In this document: piece by piece, positions 1 to 10,912 of the stretch
Layout of the letters: the number at the start of each line of letters is the position of its first letter
Numbering within the stretch: the stretch's first letter is position 1
Source of the DNA: Macrostomum lignano
Lineage: Eukaryota
Assembly (NCBI GenBank): GCA_002269645.1
Contig: NIVC01000023.1
Location: 372,001 to 436,000 of the forward strand
DNA: 64,000 nt
Reading direction: 5' to 3'
The notes under the pieces: generated by a model
The model's input: the letters and a program-made list of their open reading frames with translations, nothing else
Database searches by the model: none
Told to the model about the DNA's origin: nothing
Position numbers and translations under genes: made by a program

Positions 1-329
1 ATAAATAATTTATACCAAAAGAGTTTTCTGTTCAGCCAGACGCTTATGAAGACTTAGTTCCCGCAGTTGTTATAATAGCTGGAATTTGCAGCTCACATTT
101 TCACACAGACGCATTCTGTGCGAAACTGCGATGCACTGCCTAAATGCAGCACAGAGATTTTTCTTTCTTCGTTCAAACTGCTTCTGTAGCACTCCTCGAG
201 CGTGTAGTTTTGTTATAACCAGCTGTTAGTTGTTGCATATACAGAGGCAATATTAAATTCTATAAGTCACAAAATTTCCAGTTCTCTATTGGCAATGAAA
301 TTTTCACTAGATTCAGAGGCTATTAGAGT

Positions 330-920
330 TCCAGATCCCATGAGATTCTGTGGCTATTAGAGTTCCAGGTCTTATGAGATCCAGTGGCTATTAGAGTTCC
401 AGATCCCAAGAGATCCTGTAGCTATTAGAGTTCCAGATCCCCAGAGATCCTGTAGCTATTAGAGTTCCAGATCCCAAGAGATCCTGTAGCTATTAGAGTT
501 CCAGATCCCCAGAGATCCTATAGCTATTAGAGTTCCAGATCCCAAGAGATCCTGTAGCTATTAGAGTTCCAGATCCCAAGAGATCCTGTAGCTATTAGAG
601 TTCCAGATCCCCAGAGATCCTGTAGCTATTAGAGTTCCAGATCCCAAGAGATCCTGTAGCTATTAGAGTTCCAGATCCCAAGAGATCCTGTAGCTATTAG
701 AGTTCCAGATCCCCAGAGATCCTGTAGCTATTAGAGTTCCAGATCCCAAGAGATTCTGTGGCTATTAGAGTTCCAGATCCCCAGAGATCCTGTAGCTATT
801 AGAGTTCCAGATCCCAAGAGATTCTGTGGCTATTAGAGTTCCAGATCCCAAGAGATCCTGTAGCTATTAGAGTTCCAGATCCCCAGAGATCCTGTAGCTA
901 TTAGAGTTCCAGATCCCATG
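330..920. repeat. Minisatellite, ~34-bp unit GCTATTAGAGTTCCAGATCCC(A/C)AGAGATCCTGTA
   Basis: About 17 near-identical head-to-tail copies, no unique spacers. Confidence 0.95.
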
Positions 921-1576
921 AAATCCTGATGAAATCCCATGAAATCATCAGTGCCAGTGCTATTGATTGGCATTCCATATCAGACGGAAAGGATGATTCA
1001 GGATAACAATTGAAGCTCAAGATTAAAACACGTAAGATTATGCTTCAAGAAATTTTTTTGAAAAAGAATGTTGGACAAAATCGACGACCATTCGTCGTGA
1101 AGCCAGTTTGCCAAGCGGATACAATGAGTCATCATTGGAGGGGATCTAAGGTACGCGTAAAGATATTCGCTTGTCAGTTGCAGGGGGATCCCTATTCACC
1201 ACTTTCCACCCAGCGCTCGCGTCCACTCCGCTCCAACACTAATCCCCACTCATGCAACCCAGCCGAGGTCATAAACGTTCACAACCTCGCACTGATAAGG
1301 GCCCAACCAATTCCTAAATAGCAGCAACTGTTATCAGCAACGGGGGGAGAAATTCCCACTAAACTGATCTTCTTGGCCCTATGCCCTGATGAAAGCTGGA
1401 TAGAATAATATTGAAATTTCCCTCAGTGACGACTGGACGTTGCCATAACTTGTAGAGTCGTAGATTCCAGAGTTGTTGCTAGTTGTCATAAACTAGGAGG
1501 CTATTATCTCAATTTTACTTTTATTAGAGCTTCTAGACAGAAATGCTTTAATGGTGCAGCTATCTGATAGTATCAA

Positions 1577-2266
1577 CTATACTACATATAAGCAAAACTC
1601 ACCTGTTGCTTTTGGACAGGAGCAGACATTGTCGCCGTCAGTGGCTCGGCACTCGCAGCCGACCGGGCAGTTATTGGACCTGCCAACGCAGTTGTCAAAA
1701 TAGGGCCAGTTGGCTCCTCCGACCAGCCGTTCGGGTGTGGCGTTGCAGCCAGAAGTTACGAAGGTGTTTCTAACCACAGTGCCAGTGTCATTTTTGCCTA
1801 GCAGCCAGGTGACTCTCAGCGGGCCGATTAGGAGAGGAGGAGTCGTTGATGGAGCCCGAGCGCTCGGCACTCCGTCCACCAGCAGCAGCCAGACGGTGTC
1901 GCTGCCATCCGAGTTGGTGGACAGCCGCACAGTCAGATTGACCCAGCGATGGCGCGGCAGTCTTCCAGTTGATGCGGCTATTTCAGCCTCCTCGTCCAGC
2001 GATGCCGACGACTTTAGGCCGAGCTTCGCGTCGCCGCTGGTTGTCAGGAGCAACTGGGCGGACTCTTCGTCAGACAGACCTAGCATGCTGCGCCTCGAAC
2101 CGGCCGCTGAGTCACCTTTAAACAGAACCTCTAGATCGAGCTGCCAGGGACTGGTGCAGCTAGTTGACAAGGCGTACGTTGGAACAAGCAGACTCTGCAC
2201 CATCAGCGTCAGCACCATCAGAGACGATGCTAACGGCGTCGCTGTTCTAGGACCTAAAAATCGCAT
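1577..2266 (-). CDS. Putative secreted protein with laminin-G/ConA-like domain and C-terminal EGF-like Cys module (~229 aa from ATG 2266)
   Basis: ATG at 2266 opens a signal-peptide-like stretch (MRFLGPRTATPLASSLMVLTLMVQSLLVPTYA); LamG-like strands (HRWVNLTVRL..WLLLVDG..WLLG..FVTSGC); then CVGRSNNCPVGCECRATDGDNVCSCPKATGEFC. A donor-like AG|GTGAGT at 1604/1603 means the C-terminus could instead be spliced. Family call is motif recognition only. Confidence 0.55.
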   Translation of the reverse strand: MRFLGPRTATPLASSLMVLTLMVQSLLVPTYALSTSCTSPWQLDLEVLFKGDSAAGSRRSMLGLSDEESAQLLLTTSGDAKLGLKSSASLDEEAEIAASTGRLPRHRWVNLTVRLSTNSDGSDTVWLLLVDGVPSARAPSTTPPLLIGPLRVTWLLGKNDTGTVVRNTFVTSGCNATPERLVGGANWPYFDNCVGRSNNCPVGCECRATDGDNVCSCPKATGEFCLYVV

Positions 2267-2737
2267 GACAACGAGACCTCGTTCGAATCTCGTAGACTTG
2301 AGTACCAACTCTGAGTCTTTAGCTTTGAGTGCGATGTACCAAAGAAATCGTATTTCTTTTTCAAATTCCAAATACTCCTTGCGAACAGTACGAACACGGA
2401 AGCAAAAATTCTATGGGACGTGACTTTTAAATCGTTTACCCCCGTCTCCCTTCGCAGCGATTCATCTCTAGACCTCTTCCGTCTCTTTCCTTTCCCCCTT
2501 CTGCGACGTCCTTCGCCGCATCCCATAAGCTGCTGCAAGTTTAACTCCCTAGACCCAAGTGTACATTCTAGCGAGCAAATTACATGCATTTTCTTCGATT
2601 GTGCAGGCGCAATGGATCACCATGGCGGTAACCTTGGCCCTTCAGCCCACGTAGATGCAGCATAGAAGGCATCCGCTGGCCATTCTAGGAAATATATTCT
2701 AACCCCCATGACTTTGCGCACATTTTTGACGGAACAC

Positions 2738-2745
<8 letters not shown>

Positions 2746-2799
<54 letters not shown>
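2746..2799. repeat. (GA)n microsatellite
   Basis: Perfect GA dinucleotide run. Confidence 0.98.
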
Positions 2800-2802
<3 letters not shown>

Positions 2803-5683
2803 AGCTGCATCAGGAATGAAGAAGCGAAAAATCGATTGTTAGTGCGTTCCCTATTCGGGTCAACCCCGTGCGCAGAAACTACCGAGTGTTCCTTCTGATG
2901 AAGGAAGGAATCTCCACTCTTCTATTCGTTGGTAAACGCTTCAGGCCGTATTTGCAATACGCTTTTCAAAGCTATATATGGGTTAGCTCGTATCTTCCCA
3001 TCGCTAAACAACTGACTGTGTGCCAGCACTGCACCAACGCCGCGATATTGGGTTGCCCACTGACAAGGCTTCAAGGAAAAAGCGCGCAGTGTGCAGCCAT
3101 CTTGCCATTTGCAGTAGTCGCCCCCCATTCACTTCACGGTGTGCTGTCGATGGAAAAGGCCCAAAGCCGCACAAAATGCTTTGGAGTGGTTGGAGGACGG
3201 GCTTATGCACAACAGCTGCTCCTACAATATTAGCTGCAGCATGCACTGCATGTAGATAGATGTGCATGAACCAAAAATGGCGATGCAACAGTTTATGTTA
3301 GTATCGGTATCAGTTGCGGATGTGTCTTGGAAGAAGGCTACGACGATCAGGCCTCGCGTTCATATCACCATGCGGCAGCTTATGCTTGTCCCAGTCAGGT
3401 ACATGTTGCATCGATTTTTCAGTTTTTTACATTCGTTTTCTTTTTTGCCGGCCGCGGCAAGAATCCAAAGCTAGTACACGCTCGTAAAAAACGAATAAAA
3501 ATAAAGTACATACTGCGTCTGCGTCGAAACACTTGATGGCTTCGTAAGGCAATGTACATGTATATATACTTCTATCGCAGTGTACATGTAATAGTAGCAT
3601 CACTATTTAGGAACTTCACTTTAATCTACATGCAAATGCACTGTATACCATAAAACCCTTGGCCTGCTGAAGCAATTCTACATGTACATGCATGGTTGTT
3701 TACATGTATGCGTTCGATTATCTACATATTCAAATATATGACTGTATTTTGCCCTTGGAGCAAAAAAAGTACACACAGCTTAAACTTGACTAACCGTCAA
3801 AAATACATGTATCTTTAGAAATTTCTCTGCCAAATATCCCATTAATTGATTGTTGCTTAATTTGTTACGCTGGGACAGCTTGTTGTGTACACATGTACGC
3901 GCAATTTGCATATGTACATCGATCCTGATACTAGGGACGGCTGAAACAGGTTTAAATTGTGTCTGTGTATAATAGCTATAACTCTTACTTAGTCCATGTA
4001 TTCGGTGCGTTTTTTAACTTTTCTTCCTATCAATTCTATATCGAATTCTGCCATCATTCATATTAACAAAAAGGGTTATAGGGGTCAGGAACCTTGCTAT
4101 CTGGACCAGTTATTACTTGGATTAAAGTAGGCTACGCGTAGGAAGATCAAGAGCATAAAAAGGAATGACTAATTGAGAAGAGGAATATTATTCTGCTGCA
4201 TATACTTAACATTTTTGGCCGTAAAAAGCAAATTCCAATGGGATAAATATTGTTTAGTAATCCAAGTATTAAAGTATGCCAAAGTTAAAATGATACTCCA
4301 TTGTACAATATGGTTAGTCACCCAAAAGCTAGTAAATACCGCGAGAGTCAAAATTGCAAGCCGTTTTGAGCGTGCGTGCGCACGCTTGCAAGAAAATAAA
4401 GCGGGCTGCGATAGCATCGATGACATCATAACTAACAATAGTATTTGACTATTTTCTATAACAAAGTTTACTGAAATACAGTTAAATTTGTCCAAAGTAA
4501 CTTTAAATCTACTATATCCGTTAATTATTTATAAGTCTAGTACAAAATTGTTTTAACGTTACTAGCAGCTTCATAGAAAATAGACACATATTTAATTTAA
4601 GACGGAGATTGTGTTTTATAAATTTTATCCTAAACAAATTTGGCATGAGTTATTTATTACACAATTGTCAATTTCTGAGTTAGATTGGATATTCATGTCA
4701 ATCTATTGAACATTTTCAACAATAACGGCATACACCTATAACCCTATTTTTTCTCAAAAAGCTGCCTAACTCACTAACTATGTACAAGCTGTTTTGCTTT
4801 AATTGTCTTCGTCTACTCAATCAGTCTAACAGTAAGCAAGTTACTTAGTTAGTAGGGGTAGTTACTACTGATGGTGCAATGTTGCATAAGCAGAAGCTAC
4901 GCATTACCTATGCATGTTAAGCCTATACAATGCTTTAAATTGGAAAAAAACTTAAAATGTAGTAGTAGTAGTAGTAGTAGTAAATTTGGCTCAGCCTAAG
5001 GAGCCTGTTATGCCAGTATGATTCGATTTATTTAGTATTTATTCAAAGGGTTAAATTTTACACGATCGCTGAAAACGAGTACTACACGATATTTGTATTA
5101 AGTAGGAAGGTATTTGAAAGGGCGTCAAGAATTTTTTACGGTTTTTTAGGGAAAAATAGAAAATCGATGTATATATATGACCTAATGCAAAACGATTCTT
5201 CTAAAATGCGATTCAGAAAAGGTAGTTAAATATTATTTTGTCAATATAACAAATATCTAGTATAATTAAGGATTGTTCTCAATAATAGGCAATTTTTGTA
5301 AAAAGATATAGTATTTTTGAAAGCGCATGATATTTCAAAGCGTGAAAAACGAGCATAAACACACTTCGAATGAACTTAACGTCTAATGATTAACGACGAA
5401 TTAAATAGGAGATTAAAAAAGACACTAAATGAAGAAACAACTGAAAAGCGGATTTATTGCTCTGCTGATATATCTGTTTCAGTTTGCATAACTGTTTTAG
5501 CTGATAGCTAAATGTATATAAACTGTATTTTAATGCAAATTAGAGGAATAAATTTGGCTTCCAGTTAATTCGGCGACAACCGATTCGGCGACAAGTCAGT
5601 TCGGCGACAGCCAATTCGGCGAATGTTGAAGGTTAAAGAAAGCTATATATATACAACACTCGTTGAAATTTAAAATATTTCAT

Positions 5684-5735
5684 TCAAGGACTTCTAGACT
5701 AGGCCTAATCAAGGACTTAGTCTAGAAGTCCTTGA
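5684..5735. repeat. Perfect 18-bp inverted repeat (hairpin) with 16-nt loop
   Basis: TCAAGGACTTCTAGACTA (5684-5701) is the exact reverse complement of TAGTCTAGAAGTCCTTGA (5718-5735). Confidence 0.9.
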
Positions 5736-6200
5736 TTTCATTATATAGTCATTATAGCCCTTGCCATTCAAGTAAGGTGTGATGGCATACAGTGTAGTTG
5801 TGTTGTGTGAGAGGGGTTGAGGGGAAGTGGGGTAGGAATGTTCTTTTGTCTCAATGTGTCACCCAGTGCTTGCTTGTTTGTTCCTTACTTTTCCCTTTGC
5901 CCCTTTTGCTTTGTGTACAGTGTATGAGACCCTTGAGGGTCTTTGTTGCTTGCTAAATATATAGAAGCAACGGGCTCTTTCAGAGCCTTTATCTTTCTTC
6001 CACAGTAGACACAATCTATAAAATAAGGTAATGTTTTAATCATGCCAAATAACACGTTTTCAAAGAGGTGCATGTATACGCCCCCTTAGGAGTCTCGGAC
6101 TTATCCAGACCAGGTACCTATGGATCCAGAAAATTTTTAATAGGGGGCGCAGATTACTAAAGGTAGTTATAAGTGTTTATTATGTACATGTATATGTACA

Positions 6201-7816
6201 TGTACTAGTCTGACGCTGCCGCCGGAGACGCCGCTGCCGGCAGAGGAGAGTTTCAGCGTAGCCCCAGTCAACGCAGCCGACGTTGTCAAGCTCGCCCAGC
6301 AGTCACCGGGCGGGAAAGCGCTGGGTCCGGACGAGGTGCCCATCGAGGCGCTGCGCATCCCCTGTGTGGCCGCTGAGGTCGCCAGAGTGATGAACCGCGT
6401 GCTCTTCGGTGAGGCGGCGCCCAACAAATGGACCACGGCGCACATCGTCGCTGTTCCAAAGAAGCCGGGCACCACTAGGCTTGAAGACCATCGAGGCATC
6501 TGCCTTCAGTCCTGTGCAGCGAAGCTGTTCAACCGGATGCTGCTTTCGCGGTTGCAGCCCGTGCTGGATCCGTACCTGCGCCCAGAGCAGAACGGGTTCC
6601 GGCCCCATCGCGGCACAGTGGCGCAGATCCTGGCTCTTCGCCGAGTCATCGAGGAGGCGCGGATTCGTCAGTCGATACTGATTTTAATCTTTATTGATTT
6701 CAAGAAGGCATTCGACTCGGTTGTCAGAGCCGTGCTTCCAATGGTGCTCCGCGCGTACAACGTGCCTGAGCAGCTGATCTCCGCCGTCATGGCGATGTAC
6801 CGTGATACGACAGCTGCTGTGACAACACCGGACGGCCTATCGGACTCCTTTGAGACATCCTCCGGAGTGCTTCAGGGAGATACGCTGGCGCCGTTTCTGT
6901 TCGTCCTGGTGCTTGACTGGGTGCTGCGGACTGCTCTTCCTACCGACGACGACGGTTTTCTGCTGCAGCGACGCGTGGGTCGACGTCAACCGGAGAAGCG
7001 GCTCAGCGTGCTTGGCTACGCCGACGACCTCGCCCTGCTGTCCTCGACCGTCGAGGGCGCCCAACGGCAGCTGGACAGGCTGGTTGCCGTTGCGGCGAGT
7101 GTCGGCCTGGTGGTCAACACGCAGAAGACCGTTGTGCTCTGCGTGCCGGACGACATCGAGGCTGCAATATTTTGCCGAGGCGCTGACGGGCAGGCGACCG
7201 AACTCCCGCGATGTCAGCAGTTCGTCTACCTCGGCGGTCTGGTTCCAGACGCTCGCGAGGACCTGCGACGCCGCCGCGGGCTTGCCTGGGCTGCCTTTCG
7301 TTCTGTGAGGGCAGTCCTGCAGTCCGAGGCCCTACCGGACCGCCAGAGGGCGGCGCTGTTCCAGGCGGTAATCGAGACCGTCCTGCTGTACAACGCCGAG
7401 ACCTGGACGCTGACGGACTCACTCGAACAGCAAGTCGATGCGGCGCACGCTGGTCTGCTGCGCGCCGCCTTCAACATCGGCGTCGAGCGAGTCACCAACG
7501 CGGCACTCTATCGCCGCGCTGGCCTGCCACGTCCAAGTGATCTACTGCGCCGTCGGCGACTCCAGCTCGCAGGCCATCTCATCCGCGCCGAGTCGTACTG
7601 CCCACAGCCGGTGCAGGAGGTGCTGCTGCTCACGCTGCAGGCACCCTACCGGCGAGGTCAAGCGCGAACTCGGCGTTATGTCGACTGTCTGCTGGCTGAC
7701 GCCGGCGCCCCGGACACTGCCGGTGGCGCGGCCTTTGTTCGCGCCCAAGCCATGAAGCGCGCCCTGTGACGCTGACTTTTACCATCATGACAGCGTATTT
7801 TGTTGTTGTTGTTGTT
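6201..7816 (+). mobile_element. 5'-truncated RTE-clade non-LTR retrotransposon with (TTG)n tail
   Basis: Uninterrupted RT ORF, ~30-nt 3'UTR, (TTG)n tail at ~7799-7816, 13-bp direct repeat ATGTATATGTACA at 6188-6200 and 7817-7829. Confidence 0.85.
6336..7769 (+). CDS. LINE reverse transcriptase (RT plus C-terminal region; frame open from ~6204, no true start)
   Basis: Motifs KALGPDEVP, VPKK, RGICL, EQNGFRP, FIDFKKAFDSV, GVLQGDTLAPFLF, YADD, FVYLG and RTE-like RRRRLQLAGHLIR; no RNase H. Confidence 0.92.
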   Translation: MPIEALRIPCVAAEVARVMNRVLFGEAAPNKWTTAHIVAVPKKPGTTRLEDHRGICLQSCAAKLFNRMLLSRLQPVLDPYLRPEQNGFRPHRGTVAQILALRRVIEEARIRQSILILIFIDFKKAFDSVVRAVLPMVLRAYNVPEQLISAVMAMYRDTTAAVTTPDGLSDSFETSSGVLQGDTLAPFLFVLVLDWVLRTALPTDDDGFLLQRRVGRRQPEKRLSVLGYADDLALLSSTVEGAQRQLDRLVAVAASVGLVVNTQKTVVLCVPDDIEAAIFCRGADGQATELPRCQQFVYLGGLVPDAREDLRRRRGLAWAAFRSVRAVLQSEALPDRQRAALFQAVIETVLLYNAETWTLTDSLEQQVDAAHAGLLRAAFNIGVERVTNAALYRRAGLPRPSDLLRRRRLQLAGHLIRAESYCPQPVQEVLLLTLQAPYRRGQARTRRYVDCLLADAGAPDTAGGAAFVRAQAMKRAL

Positions 7817-8339
7817 ATGTATATGTACACAATATTGTGTATTTTGCATATAAAAAAATAAATAAAATTAGACTCAATGCCCTGTGTACTTTCCCCCCCC
7901 CCCCTAAATCTACCACTGGTCCGGACGGCGTAGGGACAACCGTGTCAAAGGCAGTAGACCATATAAGTTAACATAGTTTACATGATTAGAGAAGTACACA
8001 TGCATATTTAATGCACAATCATTACAAAATACACAATTCAACCAAGATTTTCAATGTTTAGTCTGTTCAACAATTGTTCTTAGGGTCTCAACATTTGTTT
8101 TACTATAAGCATGTGTGACACACCGGGAAAAGCATAGTATATGTATATGTGTGGGATGTGAGGCTTACCACTTTGGCTTATTTTGAAATTGGAGTAAACA
8201 TGCAAACTCAACGCAATGGATGACAACTTAACCACCCCTTTGTTTTAACCACCCCCTGGTCATATGTTGCCGAACTGACTGTCGCTGAATTGACTTGTCG
8301 CTGAATTGCCTGTTGCCAAGTCAACCTTTCTGGTGTATA

Positions 8340-8610
8340 CATGCGCAACCCCCCTGATTTACACTGGCCATGCGACTTACTTTTTTTTACCAAAAATGCG
8401 ACTTACCTGTGAAAGAAACCCTAGAGCAACATTAACGCAATTTTGGGTAAATGGCAGGTGTAACTATGACTCTCTTATAAGGGCTAAATGCCTCGTCATC
8501 TAATTAGTACTACGCCTATATTCTTTGGGGTGGGCATTTTTGTGACTTACCCCTGGTCCACCATAATTTACAGTGGCCAGATCGGCCAGGTTGGCCAGCA
8601 GTTGCGCATG
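8340..8610. mobile_element. 271-bp MITE with CATGCGCAAC terminal inverted repeats flanked by TA
   Basis: ATACATGCGCAAC (8337-8349) is the exact reverse complement of GTTGCGCATGTAT (8601-8613); TA at 8338-8339 and 8611-8612 fits a Tc1/mariner-type TSD. Confidence 0.55.
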
Positions 8611-9360
8611 TATGTTTCTAGTTGATGTCAATATCCCTAAAACAAACTTTAAAAAGCTGTTTATAACTTATACTATCAATGTTATTCCTAGACTCAATCA
8701 CTTGCAATGGCTTTGTTTTCATTCAAATTGAATTAAACTTAAACCTAAACTTTGAGAAAACCTTCATGTTTATAATAAAATGAATAATTGTTGTAAAAGT
8801 TACTATAATTTAATTTTTTTACTATAATTTTGTTGTCAATATTAGGCCTATTTCTATACTGAATATGCCAAATATACCAAGTATGCTAGAAAAAAGCCTA
8901 TTTGTACCAGAAAATTCAATGAAATCTATTGCCTTCCTAGTTATATCATTTATAAACTATACTATATATTTTGATTTAGAATCATTTTAAATCAAGTTGA
9001 TTAAAGAAGTTATGATATAGTCAATTTCTTAGTTAGTCATAGAACTTAGTTAAAAATATACAATGAAAAAAAGGCTATAAAAGTAACTATTAATATTTAT
9101 GACTCAATTTGTTTTAGGTGCAAAGTAGTCTAGGAAAAGTCTAGGATAAAATGGTTTAAGGTAAACAACTAATTACTTTTGTTTTATAATATGATGCATT
9201 TACTAGGCTAGAGGCTTATGAACATTGCATAAAAGAAGGGTAGTAAAACAAATGCTTTTGTTTTAGCTTAGCTTTTATCTAAGAACTAAAGCTATAATGT
9301 CTATCTATTATAAAGTCTAATGAATATATTATTTTTTCTATTGATCAACTATATAATTTG

Positions 9361-9720
9361 ATGGCGACTGTAGGCCAGCAGTAGTGCAGCTGATCTGGTG
9401 TGCCAGCAACCCAGGCTCGATTCCAAGTGCAGTCACATTAATTTGGGGCTGAATTGGAATCTTGGCTTGGCTCTGCTTGTGCAATTATAACGGCCTTGAG
9501 AGCCAACCCCCTAAGGTGCAATGAAGTGTACATGCCTAATGATAATATAAAGTTAGGGCCACTATACACTCCTGTGTGGGTGTGTGCCTGCGTATCCGTG
9601 CGCTTGTATGCCTGCTCAGAGGAGTTGGCGGAATGGTCAGTAATGCCTCTCGCTGGTTGTGTGCCTATGTCTCTTAAAGTGTGCCAGGGTGCACACAACC
9701 CCCCTGCCTCTAATAAAAAA
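9361..9720 (+). mobile_element. tRNA-derived SINE, family A, copy 1
   Basis: A-box-like TAGGCCAGCAGTAG, B-box GGCTCGATTCC (9414-9424), A-rich end; collinear similarity to 38820-39090. Confidence 0.65.
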
Positions 9721-10912
9721 ATGTCTGTATTTGGTGCAGAAGTTAACATTTTCTATGTCACATAACATTTCTGAGCTACAATTTTAGACCCCAAGTTGTG
9801 TGTGAGCAGGTTTTCTACACTTTTTCCAACCGGGATCAACTATACAATTCTGATAATGATTAGGATAGTATTGAAGTTTTAAAGTGACAGATAAAAATTG
9901 GCATGCCAACCTATCAATGGCAATAAATCTATCCTTAATTTTATACTATAATATATATTATAATGAAAAACTTCACTTAGTATTATTTTGTATTTATTAG
10001 ACCTATATTTTGTGAGATTTTAAGATTTAGTTATAGGGCTTATTTAGAGATATCTATCAAATAGGGATAATTAACTTCAAATTAATAGTTATTGCTACTT
10101 TTTGACTTTATAGCCTTGGCTAAACAAAAATATCAATAAAAAAGTAGGCCTTTATAAGGTAAAAATTACTGTTTGAAGCTACAAATTATTGATATATTGA
10201 AATACATTTATTTGATACTATTTTCCATTTCTACCATTTCAAACTCAAGACAAGGGGTCGTACTATAAAGTTGCCGTAGTGTAAGTTTGATTGTATGTTG
10301 GAACTTTTACATGGTAGAGATAGGAGCTAAGAATGATCTTATCTTACAATGGCTTTATAGAATGGGCCCAAGATATTTATAGAGAAAAGATAAGACTTGA
10401 TTGATCCTTGCAAATAAACTCAATATTTTATTTGTTTAGGCCTTAGCTAATACAAATGCAAAATAATCTATAATAAATACCAATTTAATCAATAAGTTAT
10501 TTATGCAATTATTGATATTTAAGAAATTGAAATTTGAAACAAGACAAGATCTAAGTAGACCTGTAGTATTAATCTATTTAGAGTATAGAAATATATACAA
10601 GTAAGAAGGTTTCTATATCTAATTATGTTAGGCCTCATATGGCCGGGTGAATCCCTAGGTTGCACCCAAGCATGTTAGGCCTATGCCTAAAAGTACTTAT
10701 AATAAGTAATTAAAAAAACAAATCAAAAGAGAGCCTTATGATGAGGCTAATAGGAAATAAGCGTTAAATTGCATGCCAAGCAAAGCTATGTTGTCACGAA
10801 ATGTTGATTGATTGATTGTCATTGATCTATGAATCTATTTTTTAAAGAAACTTCATTTTACTTTACATTAATTCACATTCCAATGCTTATTATTGCATGC
10901 CAATCAGTTGCT

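Larger units (their letters stand above)
6111..7918. mobile_element. Degenerate hAT-like MITE interrupted by the RTE LINE
   Basis: Left end CAGG..GGATCCAGAAAATTTTT..GGGGGC and right end C-run-TAAATCTACCACTG resemble a common MITE layout; 8-bp flanks ATCCAGAC (6103-6110) and GTCCGGAC (7919-7926) match 6/8. Left TIR is poorly conserved. Confidence 0.4.
5564..8326. mobile_element. Old non-autonomous DNA transposon with ~60-bp imperfect terminal inverted repeats built from TTCGGCGACA sub-repeats
   Basis: 5564-5625 (AGTTAATTCGGCGACAACCGATTCGGCGACAAGTCAGTTCGGCGACAGCC) aligns without gaps, roughly three-quarters identical by eye, to the reverse complement of 8266-8326. No TSD recognised. Confidence 0.55.

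Noticed and set aside
60-260. Cys-containing minus-strand fragments as a further exon of the LamG gene
   Set aside because: No acceptor gave a phase-compatible open frame; all options hit stops quickly.
925-1470. Hammerhead-like CTGATGA..GAAA cores at ~927 and ~1386
   Set aside because: No complementary stem II or stems I/III could be drawn.
1710-2423. 237-aa + strand ORF
   Set aside because: Antisense shadow of the LamG-like ORF with no recognisable motifs. The same applies to shadow ORFs over RNF168, SYT12 and both LINEs.
6336-7769. RT as a bacterial retron, group II intron or DGR
   Set aside because: Motifs, (TTG)n tail, 5' truncation and flanking duplication fit an RTE LINE; no maturase or ncRNA context.
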